DNA of 64,000 nt from Thermodesulfobacteriota bacterium (GCA_965198945.1 CBDAQI010000011.1:32001-96000), one strand, 5' to 3'. Positions 40,433 to 51,425 are shown, counted from the stretch's first letter. Translations and numbers: made by a program. The notes: a model not told the origin generated them from the sequence alone.

Positions 40433-41077
40433 ATGGGTCAGAAAGTAAATCCGATAGGTTTGAGAATAGGAATAACAAAAACATGGGACTCCAAGTGGTA
40501 TGCGGAAAAAGGGTCTTTTACCGACATGCTGAACGAAGACATACGAATAAGGAGATTCCTTAAAAAGAATTTCCACCAGTCGGGCATATCAAGAATTGAA
40601 ATAGAGCGGGTTGTTCAGAAAAAGGTCAAGGTCATCATACATGTGCTCAGACCCGGAATTATCATAGGAAGGAACGGTCAGGAAATAGAAAGGATAAGAA
40701 GAGAACTGCAGAAAAAAACCGGCAAGGAGATGGTTGTTGATATTAAAGAAGTGCGCAGGTCTGAAATAGACGCCCGTATGGTTTCTGAAAATGTGGCATT
40801 GCAGATAGAGCGCAGAGTGGCATACAAGAGGGCTATGAAACAGGCCATTTCATCCGCGATGAGAACCGGAGCTCTCGGGATTAAAATTATGGCGTCCGGA
40901 AGACTTGCCGGAGCTGAAATAGCAAGAAGAGAGTGGTATAAGGAAGGCAGCGTTCCGCTTGCAAAACTGAGAGCTGATATTGACTACGGCTTTGCCGAGG
41001 CAAAAACCAAATATGGAATTATCGGCATCAAAACCTGGATATTCAAAGGAGATGTCATAGAGAAAAAGACCTCCTGA
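40433..41077 (+). CDS. rpsC: 30S ribosomal protein S3
   Basis: MGQKVNPIGLRIG, GRLAGAEIAR. Confidence 0.98.
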   Translation: MGQKVNPIGLRIGITKTWDSKWYAEKGSFTDMLNEDIRIRRFLKKNFHQSGISRIEIERVVQKKVKVIIHVLRPGIIIGRNGQEIERIRRELQKKTGKEMVVDIKEVRRSEIDARMVSENVALQIERRVAYKRAMKQAISSAMRTGALGIKIMASGRLAGAEIARREWYKEGSVPLAKLRADIDYGFAEAKTKYGIIGIKTWIFKGDVIEKKTS

Positions 41078-41090
41078 CGGGGAATAAATT

Positions 41091-41510
41091 ATGCTTCAGC
41101 CAAGAAAAACAAAATACCGCAAAGCGTTCAAGGGGCGCATAAGAGGAAAGGCGACCAGAGGCACACAGATAGATTTTGGCCAGTTCGGTCTCCAGACCCT
41201 TGACAGCGGACGTCTCACTTCAAGGCAGATAGAGTCTGCAAGAATTGCCATAACCCGCCATGTAAAGAGAGGAGCCAAACTGTGGATAAGGGTTTTCCCC
41301 GACAAGCCGCTCACCAAAAAGCCAGCCGAGACAAGAATGGGCAAAGGCAAGGGCGACCTGTCGGAATACGTCGCTCCGATAAGGTGCGGGCAGATGCTTT
41401 ACGAACTGAGCGGAGTTAGTCCCGAACTTGCGAAGGAGGCTTTCAGGCTTGCGTCTCATAAGCTTCCTGTAAAAACAAGGACGGTTGAAAGGACCGAAGA
41501 GGTTGTATAA
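41091..41510 (+). CDS. rplP: 50S ribosomal protein L16
   Basis: [16 protein letters not shown]. Confidence 0.98.
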   Translation: MLQPRKTKYRKAFKGRIRGKATRGTQIDFGQFGLQTLDSGRLTSRQIESARIAITRHVKRGAKLWIRVFPDKPLTKKPAETRMGKGKGDLSEYVAPIRCGQMLYELSGVSPELAKEAFRLASHKLPVKTRTVERTEEVV

Positions 41511-41740
41511 TGGCTGAAAAACCCGGTAAATTAAGGGAACTCACGCTTGAAGACCTCAACAAAAAAGAGCGTGATCTGGCTTCTTCCCTTTTCAATCTAC
41601 GAATGCAGGTTGCAACCAAGCAGACCGGCGCTTTTGCGCAGATAAAGTCATTGAGAAAGGATATTGCCAGAGTGAGAACCGTGAAAACAGAGCTTGAGAG
41701 AAAGATAAGCGAGGAGAACCGAGAAAGGAAAAATGACTGA
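41510..41740 (+). CDS. rpmC: 50S ribosomal protein L29
   Basis: LFNLRMQ, RKDIARVRT. Confidence 0.95.
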   Translation: MAEKPGKLRELTLEDLNKKERDLASSLFNLRMQVATKQTGAFAQIKSLRKDIARVRTVKTELERKISEENRERKND

Positions 41741-42035
41741 AAAACGGGCAAAAAGAGGTCGGCTCACTTCAATTTTGGGGACTGTTGTCAGGAAAAGCGG
41801 TGACAAGACCGCCGTTGTGGATGTGGTAACGATAAAGAAGCATCTGGTCTACAACAGGTCAATCAAACGGAGAGTGCGCTACGTTGTTAACGATGGCGGC
41901 AATCAGTGCGAAGTCGGTGACAAGGCTCTCATATACGAGTCAAAACCCGTAAGTAAGAGCAAAAGATGGCGGGTCGGCAAAATCGTTGAAAAGATTCGTT
42001 CCGACTCCGGGAACGAAGGGGGAACGAGTCAGTGA
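41733..42035 (+). CDS. rpsQ: 30S ribosomal protein S17
   Basis: [16 protein letters not shown]. Confidence 0.95.
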   Translation: MTEKRAKRGRLTSILGTVVRKSGDKTAVVDVVTIKKHLVYNRSIKRRVRYVVNDGGNQCEVGDKALIYESKPVSKSKRWRVGKIVEKIRSDSGNEGGTSQ

Positions 42036-42400
42036 TTCAGTCAAGTTCATATATTGAATCGGCTGACAATACCGGAGCCAAAAGACTTTACTGCATAAAG
42101 GTTCTCGGCGGTTCCAGAAGAAGATTTGCCCGGCTCGGAGATGTGGTTGTCGTATCGGTCAAGGAAGCAATGCCAAACTCAAAAGTTTCCAAAGGAGAGG
42201 TCTGCAAAGCGGTTATTGTGCGCGTAAAAAAAGAGAGCAGAAGGGTGGACGGAACATATGTGAGATTTGACAACAATGCTGCGGTAATCATAGACAAAGA
42301 CAGAGAGCCCGTGGGAACAAGGGTGTTCGGACCCATAGCAAGAGAGCTTAGATTCAAGGGATTTATGAAGATAATCTCACTCGCGCCGGAGGTTGTTTGA
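42032..42400 (+). CDS. rplN: 50S ribosomal protein L14
   Basis: ADNTGAK, FDNNAAV, SLAPEVV. Confidence 0.98.
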   Translation: MIQSSSYIESADNTGAKRLYCIKVLGGSRRRFARLGDVVVVSVKEAMPNSKVSKGEVCKAVIVRVKKESRRVDGTYVRFDNNAAVIIDKDREPVGTRVFGPIARELRFKGFMKIISLAPEVV

Positions 42401-42723
42401 CTGTGGCGGAGAAATTCCACATCAGGAAAGGCGATAACGTTATAGTGCTTTCGGGAAAGGAGAAGGGGAAAACCGGCGTTGTGTCAGAGGTGATTGTCTC
42501 AAAAGGAAGAGCGATTGTTGAAAAGATCAATATGGTTAAACGCAATGTGCGCCCCACCCAGAAAAATCCTTCGGGCGGAATAATTGACAAGGAAGCGAGT
42601 TTGCATATTTCAAACCTGATGCTGTATGACACAAAAGAGTCTTCCCGTTTCAAAGCCGGTTACTCCACAGGCAAAAACGGGGAAAAAATCAGAGTGAATC
42701 GTAAAACGGGGAAAAAGATATGA
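42397..42723 (+). CDS. rplX: 50S ribosomal protein L24
   Basis: [23 protein letters not shown]. Confidence 0.97.
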   Translation: MTVAEKFHIRKGDNVIVLSGKEKGKTGVVSEVIVSKGRAIVEKINMVKRNVRPTQKNPSGGIIDKEASLHISNLMLYDTKESSRFKAGYSTGKNGEKIRVNRKTGKKI

Positions 42724-43292
42724 CGGCTGCTGCTGAACCGAGAATGAAAAAGATCTTTAATGATCATGTTGTTCCGCGCATTATGGAGAGGAATTCCTAT
42801 TCAAATTCCATGAGGGTTCCGCGCCTTGAGCGTATAGTTTTGAACATGGGGCTCGGGCGACTGAGTGAAGCCGGACGCAACAAAGCCGTTGTGGACGAAG
42901 CGGTCTCAGAGCTTGCTCTGATTGCCGGTCAGAGGCCCGTGATAACCAGATCCAAAAAATCAATAGCGGGATTCAAGCTTCGTGAAGGGCTGCCCATAGG
43001 TTGTGCAGTTACCCTAAGGCGGACCAGAATGTATGAATTTTTTGACCGTCTGGTGAATCTGGCTCTGCCGAGAGTGAGGGATTTCAGGGGTGTGAGCGTG
43101 AGCTCATTTGACGGCGGGGGAAATTACAACCTTGGAGTAAGAGAGCATATAATATTTCCTGAGATTGACTACAGCAAGGTTTCGAGGGTCAAGGGGCTCA
43201 ACATAACATTTGTGACAACTGCGGAAAAAGATGAAGAGGCGAAAATCCTTCTAGAAGAGATGGGAATGCCTTTTGCAAGGGAGGAGCGGTGA
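42720..43292 (+). CDS. rplE: 50S ribosomal protein L5
   Basis: [20 protein letters not shown]. Confidence 0.98.
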   Translation: MTAAAEPRMKKIFNDHVVPRIMERNSYSNSMRVPRLERIVLNMGLGRLSEAGRNKAVVDEAVSELALIAGQRPVITRSKKSIAGFKLREGLPIGCAVTLRRTRMYEFFDRLVNLALPRVRDFRGVSVSSFDGGGNYNLGVREHIIFPEIDYSKVSRVKGLNITFVTTAEKDEEAKILLEEMGMPFAREER

Positions 43293-43477
43293 TGGCAAGA
43301 AAGGCGCTTTGGGAGAAATCCGAAAGAAAACCGAAATACAAGGTACGTAAAGTGAACCGCTGCTCTTTGTGCGGCAGACCGAGGGCGTTCATAAGACAGT
43401 TCGGAATATGCAGGCTGTGTTTCAGAGAGCTTGCGAGCCGCGGTGAAATTGTGGGAGTGAGAAAGGCAAGTTTTTAA
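43292..43477 (+). CDS. rpsN: 30S ribosomal protein S14 (Zn-binding type)
   Basis: RCSLCGRPR...CRLCFR. Confidence 0.97.
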   Translation: MARKALWEKSERKPKYKVRKVNRCSLCGRPRAFIRQFGICRLCFRELASRGEIVGVRKASF

Positions 43478-43494
43478 ACTTTGAGGTGGAAAAA

Positions 43495-43887
43495 ATGACA
43501 GACCCGATAGCGGACATGGTTGCGAGAATACGAAATGCGCAGATGGTAAAGCACAGCGAAGTTACCCTTCCCTACTCCAATATCAAAAGTGAGATAGGCA
43601 GAGTATTAAAGGAAGAGGGTTATATTGAGGAGTGCGTTGTTTCGGGAGAAGGCGTGAAAAAAGAGATTAGAGTTCGGCTCAAATACTCGGGCCGGGGCGC
43701 TCCGGGAATAAGGTTCATCAAAAGGATAAGCAAGCCCAGCGGCAGGTTATACATCGGGAAAGACGAAATTCCCCGTGTCGTTACGGGAATGGGAACCGCA
43801 GTAATCTCAACCTCAAAAGGCATAATGACCGGGCGCAATGCCAGAGAGATGGGTGTGGGCGGCGAAGTTATCTGCACCGTGATGTGA
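43495..43887 (+). CDS. rpsH: 30S ribosomal protein S8
   Basis: DPIADMVARIRNA, STSKGIM, GGEV. Confidence 0.98.
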   Translation: MTDPIADMVARIRNAQMVKHSEVTLPYSNIKSEIGRVLKEEGYIEECVVSGEGVKKEIRVRLKYSGRGAPGIRFIKRISKPSGRLYIGKDEIPRVVTGMGTAVISTSKGIMTGRNAREMGVGGEVICTVM

Positions 43888-43894
43888 TTTTGGT

Positions 43895-44443
43895 ATGTCA
43901 AGAATAGGAAAAAAACCCGTGGCCATTCCGGAAAAAGTTGATGTCAGCATATCCGGAGATGTTGTCAGCATAAAAGGTCCCAAGGGAGAGCTTCCCGTCG
44001 CAATTCCGGACGGGCTGAGCGTTGAGGTCGGAGACGGAATGATAAATGTGAAAATAGATACGGAATCAAAAGGTATAAAGTCTCATCACGGTCTTGTGAG
44101 AATGCTCATAGCTAATTCCGTTCAGGGTGTTAACGAGGGGTTTACAAAAATTCTTGAAATAATCGGAACCGGTTACAAGGCGGAGCTTTCGGGGAAAAAC
44201 GCTTTGAAAATGTCTCTCGGTTACTCTCATCCGATTACTTTTTCCCTGCCTGAGGGAATTGCCGCGAAGGTGGAAGGGCGCGGAACGAGGCTGATTCTTG
44301 AAGGGGCTGACAAACAGGTTGTAGGCGAAGTGGCGGCAAAAATCAGAGAACTTCGGGAGCCCGATGCCTACAAGGGCAAAGGCGTGAAGCTTTCGGATGA
44401 ACATATCAAACTTAAGCCGGGGAAATCAGGTGCGAAAAAATAA
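43895..44443 (+). CDS. rplF: 50S ribosomal protein L6
   Basis: MSRIGKKP, LGYSHP, PDAYKGKG. Confidence 0.98.
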   Translation: MSRIGKKPVAIPEKVDVSISGDVVSIKGPKGELPVAIPDGLSVEVGDGMINVKIDTESKGIKSHHGLVRMLIANSVQGVNEGFTKILEIIGTGYKAELSGKNALKMSLGYSHPITFSLPEGIAAKVEGRGTRLILEGADKQVVGEVAAKIRELREPDAYKGKGVKLSDEHIKLKPGKSGAKK

Positions 44444-44808
44444 TGATTAAAGACAGAAAAGCTCTCAGAAACAGAAGGCACAAAAGAATAAGAAAAAAAA
44501 TCTCCGGTACCGCGGACATCCCGAGGCTGTGCGTCTTTAAGTCCGCAAGGCACATATATGCTCAAATCATTGACGATGCCGCCGGCAGAACAATGTTCGC
44601 CGCTTCTTCTCTTACACCGGAGATCAGACAAGAGGTTGAGAAAAAAGATTCAAAAGCGGAGCGGGCAAAAGCCGTTGGTGAATATCTCGGACAGGTTTCA
44701 GTCGCCGGGGGGCTGAAGAAAGTGGTTTTTGACAGGGGCGGATACCCTTTTCACGGAAGGGTGAAGTTTCTTGCGGACGGACTGAAGGAGAAAGGCCTTG
44801 AATTCTAA
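44443..44808 (+). CDS. rplR: 50S ribosomal protein L18
   Basis: PRLCVFKS, FDRGGYPFHGRV. Confidence 0.98.
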   Translation: MIKDRKALRNRRHKRIRKKISGTADIPRLCVFKSARHIYAQIIDDAAGRTMFAASSLTPEIRQEVEKKDSKAERAKAVGEYLGQVSVAGGLKKVVFDRGGYPFHGRVKFLADGLKEKGLEF

Positions 44809-45352
44809 AGATATTGCAGATTCCCTTTCCACAAATTCATTTATTGACCCGGCCGGGCTTGAACTTGAGGAAAAAGTTGTTGACATCAGGCGTGTCGCCA
44901 AGGTTACAAAGGGCGGTAAACGTTTTCATTTCACCGCCATGACCGTGGTGGGCAACGGAAACGGGATAGTGGGTTACGGTCTGGGCAAGTCAAACGAAGT
45001 TCCGGGCGCAATCAAAAAAGGCACGGATAAAGCGCGCAAGAGCCTCATAAAAATCCCTCTGCACGGTTCAACAATACCGCACGAGGTTTCATGTGTGAGT
45101 TCATCAAGCCGTGTTGTGCTTCTGCCCGCGGCTCCGGGCACGGGTGTTATTTCAGGCGGCCCCGTCCGTGCGGTGGCCGATCTTGCGGGGATCCACGACA
45201 TACTTTCCAAAGTTCTGGGCTCAAGAAACCCGATTAACGTTGTCGCCGCGACAATAAAGGCGCTTTCACAGCTGGTGCTTCCGGAACAGGTCGCTCTTGA
45301 GCGCCGAAAGGAGGTTTCCGATTTGGATCTTCCTCCGTATTATAAATTCTGA
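44798..45352 (+). CDS. rpsE: 30S ribosomal protein S5
   Basis: RVAKVTKGGKR, PAAPGTG. Confidence 0.98.
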   Translation: MNSKDIADSLSTNSFIDPAGLELEEKVVDIRRVAKVTKGGKRFHFTAMTVVGNGNGIVGYGLGKSNEVPGAIKKGTDKARKSLIKIPLHGSTIPHEVSCVSSSSRVVLLPAAPGTGVISGGPVRAVADLAGIHDILSKVLGSRNPINVVAATIKALSQLVLPEQVALERRKEVSDLDLPPYYKF

Positions 45353-45372
45353 AATTCTGAGGTTTTATTGAA

Positions 45373-45804
45373 ATGCTTGACAGATTGCCGAAACCCGCCG
45401 GTTCAGTAAAGTCCCGCCAGAGAGTGGGAAGAGGGGCGGGCTCAAATGGGAAAACCTCCGGACGCGGACACAAGGGGCAGGGCTCAAGGGCCGGCAGGGG
45501 CGTTTCTCTATGGTTTGAGGGAGGACAGACTCCTCTTAAAATGAGAATTCCCAAAAGGGGTTTCAAAAACATGTTCAAGACTCTCTACGACATAGTAAAC
45601 GTAGGGGCGCTTGAGCGTTTTGAAGACGGGGCCACTGTGGATGCCGGGACGCTTCTGCAAAATAATTTTATAAGCGGAAAACGCAAGATAAAACTTCTGG
45701 GGAACGGAAATATTGAAAAAAAACTGACCCTCAAAGTTAATGCCGCAAGCGGCGCTTCCATTCAGAAAATAGAGCGCTGTGGCGGCAAGGTAGAGATTTT
45801 ATGA
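45373..45804 (+). CDS. rplO: 50S ribosomal protein L15
   Basis: GRGHKGQ, FEGGQTPL, PKRGF. Confidence 0.98.
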   Translation: MLDRLPKPAGSVKSRQRVGRGAGSNGKTSGRGHKGQGSRAGRGVSLWFEGGQTPLKMRIPKRGFKNMFKTLYDIVNVGALERFEDGATVDAGTLLQNNFISGKRKIKLLGNGNIEKKLTLKVNAASGASIQKIERCGGKVEIL

Positions 45805-47120
45805 GTTCGCCTTCCTCAGGAAATTCCCGTGTTTCCGAACTGAACAGAAGGCTGCTCATAACCCTGTTTATACTGCTCATCTACAGACTGGGAGTTTTTA
45901 TCCCGGTTCCCGGAATATCACCGGCACAGATTTCACAGCTTTTTGAGAGGACAAGCGGAACGGTATTTGATCTGTTCAATATGTTTTCGGGAGGAGCTCT
46001 TGAGCAGGCGTCAATTTTTGCTCTCGGGGTAATTCCCTACATTACTTCCTCAATTCTTATGTCTCTTCTGGTCAAAGCCATCCCCAGACTTGAGGCGCTT
46101 CAAAAGGAGGAGGGGCAGGCGGGAAGGAGAAAAATCAACCAGTATTCGCGTTACGGAACGGTTCCCATATCAATTATTCAAGCCGCCGTTCTTACTCTCG
46201 CGCTTGAGGCCGGAGCGGCTGAAAACCCTAACCTGGGTTTTCGCCTGACCACGATACTGACCCTGACTTCCGGTTCAATGCTTGTTATGTGGCTCGGAGA
46301 GCAGATATCGGAAAGGGGCATAGGCAACGGTGTTTCTCTGATAATTACCATGTCAATTCTCGCCGGAATTCCGGGCGCTCTGTGGAATATGGTGAGGCTT
46401 GTGAGGGTCGGTGATATAACGGTGCTCGGCATGGTTCTTATATTTGTTTTTCTAATTTTTGTAATGGGTGTGATAGTTTTTGTTGAAACCGCATACAGAA
46501 AAATCCCGATACAGCACCCGAGAAAAATGATGGGAAGAAAGATGGTTGAAGGCCAGTCCACTCATCTTCCGCTGAAAATCAATCCCTCCGGCGTTATTCC
46601 GCCCATATTCGCCTCTTCGCTGCTTATCTTTCCGGCTACGATTCTCGCCATTACCGACACTCCTTTTGTCAGAATGATTTCAGATGCGGTGATACAGAAT
46701 CCTTTTGTCTACAACATCGTATTTGCGGTTCTCATCGTGTTCTTTTCTTTTTTCTACACCGGAATTGTGTATGACCCCGCAGACCTCTCGGACAATATAA
46801 AAAACAGCGGGGCGAATGTTCCCGGCATAAGACCCGGAGCGAAGACCTCGGAATACATCGGTTCAATTTTGAGCAGAATAACACTAATCGGTTCACTCTA
46901 TCTTGTCGCGGTTTGTGTTCTTCCGAGTTTTCTCCAGCGCGACCCTTTTAACCTGCCTTTTTATTTCGGAGGAACTTCACTGCTTATTATTATAGGAGTG
47001 GCGCTTGATTTTATGCAGCGGGTTCAGTCTTTCGTTATAACGCGCAACTACAACTCTTTTTCAGCGGCGGGCGGACGACGCGCAAAAAATCCCAACCAGC
47101 GCCGCAGAAGAGGTTTTTAG
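45801..47120 (+). CDS. secY: Preprotein translocase subunit SecY
   Basis: SIFALGVIPYIT, GIGNGVSL, GVIPPIFAS, PGIRPG, GGTSLLI. Confidence 0.99.
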   Translation: MSSPSSGNSRVSELNRRLLITLFILLIYRLGVFIPVPGISPAQISQLFERTSGTVFDLFNMFSGGALEQASIFALGVIPYITSSILMSLLVKAIPRLEALQKEEGQAGRRKINQYSRYGTVPISIIQAAVLTLALEAGAAENPNLGFRLTTILTLTSGSMLVMWLGEQISERGIGNGVSLIITMSILAGIPGALWNMVRLVRVGDITVLGMVLIFVFLIFVMGVIVFVETAYRKIPIQHPRKMMGRKMVEGQSTHLPLKINPSGVIPPIFASSLLIFPATILAITDTPFVRMISDAVIQNPFVYNIVFAVLIVFFSFFYTGIVYDPADLSDNIKNSGANVPGIRPGAKTSEYIGSILSRITLIGSLYLVAVCVLPSFLQRDPFNLPFYFGGTSLLIIIGVALDFMQRVQSFVITRNYNSFSAAGGRRAKNPNQRRRRGF

Positions 47121-47140
47121 AAAATTCCCGGAGGAAGTGA

Positions 47141-47707
47141 TTGATGAATTTGATAATATTCGGGCCGCCGGGCGCGGGAAAAGGCACACAGGCGGATTTT
47201 ATAGTGAAGGTCTGCGGAACGGCTCACATCTCCACCGGTGATTTGCTCAGAGATGCGGTGAGGAGAGAAACCGAAACGGGCATTGTGGCAAAAAGCTATA
47301 TGGACAAGGGGGAACTTGTTCCCGATGATGTTATGATAGCCATAATAGAGGAAAAAGTAAGCGTTTTGAACGGAGAGGGATTTCTTCTGGACGGATTTCC
47401 GAGGACAATTGCGCAGGCGCGCGCACTTGATGAAATGCTCGGAGGCCGCAATCTTGCGATTGAGGCCGTTTTGTCTCTCGGAGTAAACGAAGAGGAATTG
47501 GTAAGGAGGCTTCTCAAGAGGGCTGAGATTGAAGGCCGTGAAGACGATAATGAAATTGTGATACTCAACAGGCTTAATGTTTACAGAAAACAGACCCTTC
47601 CCCTTGCCGATTACTACAAATCAAAAGGGGTTTTTCATGAAATAGACGGAACCGGGACCATTGACGATGTGAAGGAGAGAATCAGTTCAATAGTTTCCGC
47701 ACTTTAG
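47141..47707 (+). CDS. adk: Adenylate kinase (short-LID type)
   Basis: GPPGAGKGT, HISTGD, LDGFPR, GREDD. Confidence 0.97.
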   Translation: MMNLIIFGPPGAGKGTQADFIVKVCGTAHISTGDLLRDAVRRETETGIVAKSYMDKGELVPDDVMIAIIEEKVSVLNGEGFLLDGFPRTIAQARALDEMLGGRNLAIEAVLSLGVNEEELVRRLLKRAEIEGREDDNEIVILNRLNVYRKQTLPLADYYKSKGVFHEIDGTGTIDDVKERISSIVSAL

Positions 47708-47716
47708 ATTAGAGTT

Positions 47717-48478
47717 ATGACTGCAGGTGAAATCAAAGAAAAAGTCAACGGAATGAAGAAAGCGGCTTCGGTTGTGTCCGAAGTTCTTGAAAAGCTCAGC
47801 GAAACCGCGCGAGAGGGAATTTCCACCTGGGAGTTGAACCGTGTCGCCGAGGGTGTCGCCGCAAAACGTTCGGCCAAACCGGCTTTCAAGGGCTATATGG
47901 GATTTCCATGTTCACTCTGTGTTTCCGTCAACGAAGAGGTTGTTCACGGAATACCTTCAAAAGACAGAATACTCAAAGAGGGGGATATAGTGGGAATGGA
48001 TTTCGGAGCCCTTGTGGGAGAATTCTATGGCGACTCGGCCATAACAGTTCCAATCGGATGCGTTTCTCCGCAAGCGGAACTGCTGCTTCAAATCACCAGA
48101 GATTCGCTTGAAAGGGGAATAGAGAAGGCGCGTCCTTCAAAACGGCTTTATGAAATTTCCGGAGCCATACAGAGCCATGTTGAGAACAAAGGGCTTTCCG
48201 TAGTCAAGTCTTTTGTCGGGCACGGCATAGGGAAAAAGCTGCATGAAGAGCCTCAAGTGCCCAATTTTATTCCGCCCGGAGACACCCGGCACGGCGTGAT
48301 GATGCGTCCCGGCATGGCTCTGGCCATAGAACCGATGGTGAATGAGGGCTCCGCCGAAATAAAAACTTTGCCTGATAATTGGACTGTTGTTACAAGTGAT
48401 GGTAAACTGTCCGCTCATTTTGAGCACACTGTGGCAATAACTGAGAACGGCCCGGAAGTGCTTACGAGATTTAACTGA
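47717..48478 (+). CDS. map: Methionine aminopeptidase type I
   Basis: VVHGIP, GHGIG..LHEEP, AIEPM, SAHFEHT. Confidence 0.97.
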   Translation: MTAGEIKEKVNGMKKAASVVSEVLEKLSETAREGISTWELNRVAEGVAAKRSAKPAFKGYMGFPCSLCVSVNEEVVHGIPSKDRILKEGDIVGMDFGALVGEFYGDSAITVPIGCVSPQAELLLQITRDSLERGIEKARPSKRLYEISGAIQSHVENKGLSVVKSFVGHGIGKKLHEEPQVPNFIPPGDTRHGVMMRPGMALAIEPMVNEGSAEIKTLPDNWTVVTSDGKLSAHFEHTVAITENGPEVLTRFN

Positions 48479-48503
48479 AGTATTTTAGAAAAATGGTGTT
48501 TTA

Positions 48504-48746
48504 ATGTCAAAGGGAGACGCGGTTGAGTTTGAAGGAACGGTTGTTGAGGCTTTGCCCAACGCCATGTTCAGAGTTGAAATGCAGAACGGTTCAAAAGTTC
48601 TGGCATATGTTTCAGGTAAAATGAGAAGAGCGAGATCAAGGTTTGTGAGGATTGTCCCGGGAGACAGGGTGAAGATTGAAATATCTCCATATGATTTGTC
48701 CAGAGGCAGAATCACTTACAGAATGAGGACGGACAGACCAAATTGA
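48504..48746 (+). CDS. infA: Translation initiation factor IF-1
   Basis: [17 protein letters not shown]...SPYDL..GRI. Confidence 0.97.
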   Translation: MSKGDAVEFEGTVVEALPNAMFRVEMQNGSKVLAYVSGKMRRARSRFVRIVPGDRVKIEISPYDLSRGRITYRMRTDRPN

Positions 48747-48856
48747 AAGTAAGGTCGTCGGTAAAAAAAATCTGCAAAAAGTGCAGGGTTATAAAGCGCA
48801 GGGGAACCGTGAGGATTATCTGCGTAAATAAACGCTGCAAACAGAGGCAGGGATAG
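48743..48856 (+). CDS. rpmJ: 50S ribosomal protein L36 (not in ORF track)
   Basis: TTG start; [37 protein letters not shown]. Confidence 0.95.
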   Translation: MKVRSSVKKICKKCRVIKRRGTVRIICVNKRCKQRQG

Positions 48857-48865
48857 GAGAGGGAT

Positions 48866-49249
48866 ATGCCCAGAATAGCCGGAGTGGACATTCCTCAGGA
48901 CAAAAGAGTTGAGTTTGCCTTGACCTACATATACGGGATAGGCAGAGCCGCGGCATCTGATATCGTGAATGCTCTAAAAATCAATCCGGCAAAAAGGTCC
49001 AAAGACCTGAATGAGAAAGAAGTGGCCGATATAAGGCGGTTTATAGAAGAAAACTGTATCGTTGAAGGTGATTTGCGCAAAGATGTGCAGATGAACATCA
49101 AACGCCTGGTTGAGATAGGATGTTACAGAGGAATAAGACATCGCAGCGGGCTTCCGGTGCGCGGGCAGAAAACAAAAGCGAACGCCAGAACCAGAAAGGG
49201 CCCCAGGGGCACGGCGATAGCAAAGAAAAAAAAGGCGGGTAAGAAATAG
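48866..49249 (+). CDS. rpsM: 30S ribosomal protein S13
   Basis: [20 protein letters not shown]. Confidence 0.98.
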   Translation: MPRIAGVDIPQDKRVEFALTYIYGIGRAAASDIVNALKINPAKRSKDLNEKEVADIRRFIEENCIVEGDLRKDVQMNIKRLVEIGCYRGIRHRSGLPVRGQKTKANARTRKGPRGTAIAKKKKAGKK

Positions 49250-49276
49250 TCAGGCGCCTCTGAAAGGAAAATAAAA

Positions 49277-49663
49277 ATGGCAAAGAAAACCGCAAAAAAG
49301 AAAGTCAAAAGGTCTGTCGCTGAAGGGGTGGTTAAAATACACGCCACTTTCAGCAATACGATTATTACCGTCTCCGACCCTCAGGGCGACGTGATTGCCT
49401 GGTCAAGCGGCGGAGCCAGAGGTTTTAAGGGGACAAGGAAGGGGACTCCGTTTGCAGCCCAGGTGGCGGCGGAGGATGTGGCAAAAAAAACGATTAGTTC
49501 GGCAGGCATGAAGACGGCGCGCGTTTATGTAAAGGGTCCGGGGCCCGGAAGAGAATCAGCCATAAGATCAATTCAGGCCGCCGGTATCAGGGTTGCGTCA
49601 ATAAGAGACATTACTCCGATACCGCATAACGGATGCAGACCTCCCGGCAAGAGAAGGGTATAG
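49277..49663 (+). CDS. rpsK: 30S ribosomal protein S11
   Basis: [21 protein letters not shown]. Confidence 0.98.
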   Translation: MAKKTAKKKVKRSVAEGVVKIHATFSNTIITVSDPQGDVIAWSSGGARGFKGTRKGTPFAAQVAAEDVAKKTISSAGMKTARVYVKGPGPGRESAIRSIQAAGIRVASIRDITPIPHNGCRPPGKRRV

Positions 49664-49679
49664 GGGGAAGATTTTGTAA

Positions 49680-50312
49680 ATGTCAAGATATACGGGACCA
49701 ACTTGCAAACTGTGCAGAAGAGAAGGCGAACAGCTCTTTTTGAAGGGTGAGAGATGTATGAAGGGCAAATGCGCCCTTGAGAGAAAGCCTTATCCGCCGG
49801 GTATGCAGGGGAAAAGGATAAGGAGAAGGGTTACGGAATACGGTCTCAGGCTCAGAGAAAAGCAGAAAGCCAAAAGGATTTACGGAGTGACCGAGCGTCA
49901 GTTCAAAATTTATTTCAAAGAGGCGGCGGGAACAAAGGGGATAACCGGTTCGCTTCTTCTTTCAATTATTGAGACACGGCTTGACAATGTGGTTTACCGT
50001 CTCGGATTCGCTTCAACCCGCAATCAGGCGCGCCAGCTCGTAAATCTTGGTCATATAAATGTTGACGGCAGACGGGTGGATGTCTCTTCATACAGAGTCA
50101 GGCCTTCAAGCGTTGTTGAAGTCAGGGAAGGCAGCAGAAAGATGTCCAGCATAAATGAGTCTCTGGGGTTTTCTGAAAAGAAAGGCATTCCCGGGTGGCT
50201 GAGTCTGGACAAGATGAATTACAGGGGAACAATGAGCAGGACTCCCGAAAGAGAGGACGTTCAGGTTCCGATAAGTGAGAATTTGATTGTTGAGTTTTAC
50301 TCAAGAGTATGA
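49680..50312 (+). CDS. rpsD: 30S ribosomal protein S4
   Basis: CKLCRREG, RLDNVVYRLG, IVEFYSR. Confidence 0.98.
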   Translation: MSRYTGPTCKLCRREGEQLFLKGERCMKGKCALERKPYPPGMQGKRIRRRVTEYGLRLREKQKAKRIYGVTERQFKIYFKEAAGTKGITGSLLLSIIETRLDNVVYRLGFASTRNQARQLVNLGHINVDGRRVDVSSYRVRPSSVVEVREGSRKMSSINESLGFSEKKGIPGWLSLDKMNYRGTMSRTPEREDVQVPISENLIVEFYSRV

Positions 50313-50368
50313 TGTTCCGGAGAGATGCATAAACTTATTTGCTTGAAGGATTAAACGGAGGACGGAAT

Positions 50369-51397
50369 TTGAAAGATTTTCAAAACAACTGGACTACACT
50401 GGTCGTTCCGAAGAAGGTTGTCAAAGATGACAAAACCGCAACTTCTTCCTACGGAAAGTTCAGTTTTGAACCACTTGAGAGGGGTTACGCGATTACAATA
50501 GGAAACGCGCTCAGACGCGTTCTTCTTTCCTCTCTTCAGGGCCCGGCGGTCGTGGCCGTCAAAATTGAGGGCGTGCTCCACGAGTTTTCTTCAATTCCCG
50601 GAGTTGTTGAAGACGTAACCGAGATACTTATGAACCTCAAGGGGATTAATTTCAAGGCGAACACGTCGCAGACGCAGATTCTTGATTTGTCTTTTCAGGG
50701 CCCCGGAGAAGTCACGGCTTCTGATATCAAGTCAACAAACAACATTAAGGTTGAAAACGGAGACCATTTTATAGCGACCGTGTCAAATGAAACCAAGCTG
50801 GAGATGAGTCTGGTTATTGAAACCGGCAGGGGTTATGAGCCTGTGGAGGAAAGGGAGAATCCCCGCTCCATGGGAGAGGAATATCTTCCCGTAGACGCCT
50901 TTTTCTCTCCGGTGAAAAAAGTGAACTACAACATAAAAAATGCCCGTGTCGGCAGAAGAACCGATTATGAAAATCTTGTTATTGAAATATGGACAAACGG
51001 CTCGGTGTCTCCCGAAGACGCTCTCGCCTACGCGGCCAAGATAATCACTGAACAAATGAAAAGATTCATCAATTTCAATGATCAGAAACTGGAACAGGAA
51101 GAGGCGGGAGAAGGTTCGGTTGTAATCAGGGGCGATGAAGAGTTTCTTTTTACCCCTCTTGATGAGGTGGACTTCTCAGTAAGGTCTTTGAACTGCCTGA
51201 CCGGCGCAAACATGGAATATGTAGGGGACTTGATTCAAAAAAATGAAAGCGAATTGCTAAGCCTTCCCAGTTTCGGGAAGAGTTCGCTTGAAGATGTGTA
51301 CGACAAACTCAAAACTTTTTCGCCGTCAATGTCGCTTGATACGAAGATAAACCGGGAAGTTTACGAAAAAATCAAGGAAAGCCGCGCCAAGTCATAG
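50369..51397 (+). CDS. rpoA: RNA polymerase subunit alpha
   Basis: EPLERG, GNALRRVLLSS, HEFS, SVRSLNCL; start uncertain (50339 or 50369). Confidence 0.97.
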   Translation: MKDFQNNWTTLVVPKKVVKDDKTATSSYGKFSFEPLERGYAITIGNALRRVLLSSLQGPAVVAVKIEGVLHEFSSIPGVVEDVTEILMNLKGINFKANTSQTQILDLSFQGPGEVTASDIKSTNNIKVENGDHFIATVSNETKLEMSLVIETGRGYEPVEERENPRSMGEEYLPVDAFFSPVKKVNYNIKNARVGRRTDYENLVIEIWTNGSVSPEDALAYAAKIITEQMKRFINFNDQKLEQEEAGEGSVVIRGDEEFLFTPLDEVDFSVRSLNCLTGANMEYVGDLIQKNESELLSLPSFGKSSLEDVYDKLKTFSPSMSLDTKINREVYEKIKESRAKS

Positions 51398-51425
51398 AAG
51401 ACTTTGCGCTTTGGGATTTTGTGTC

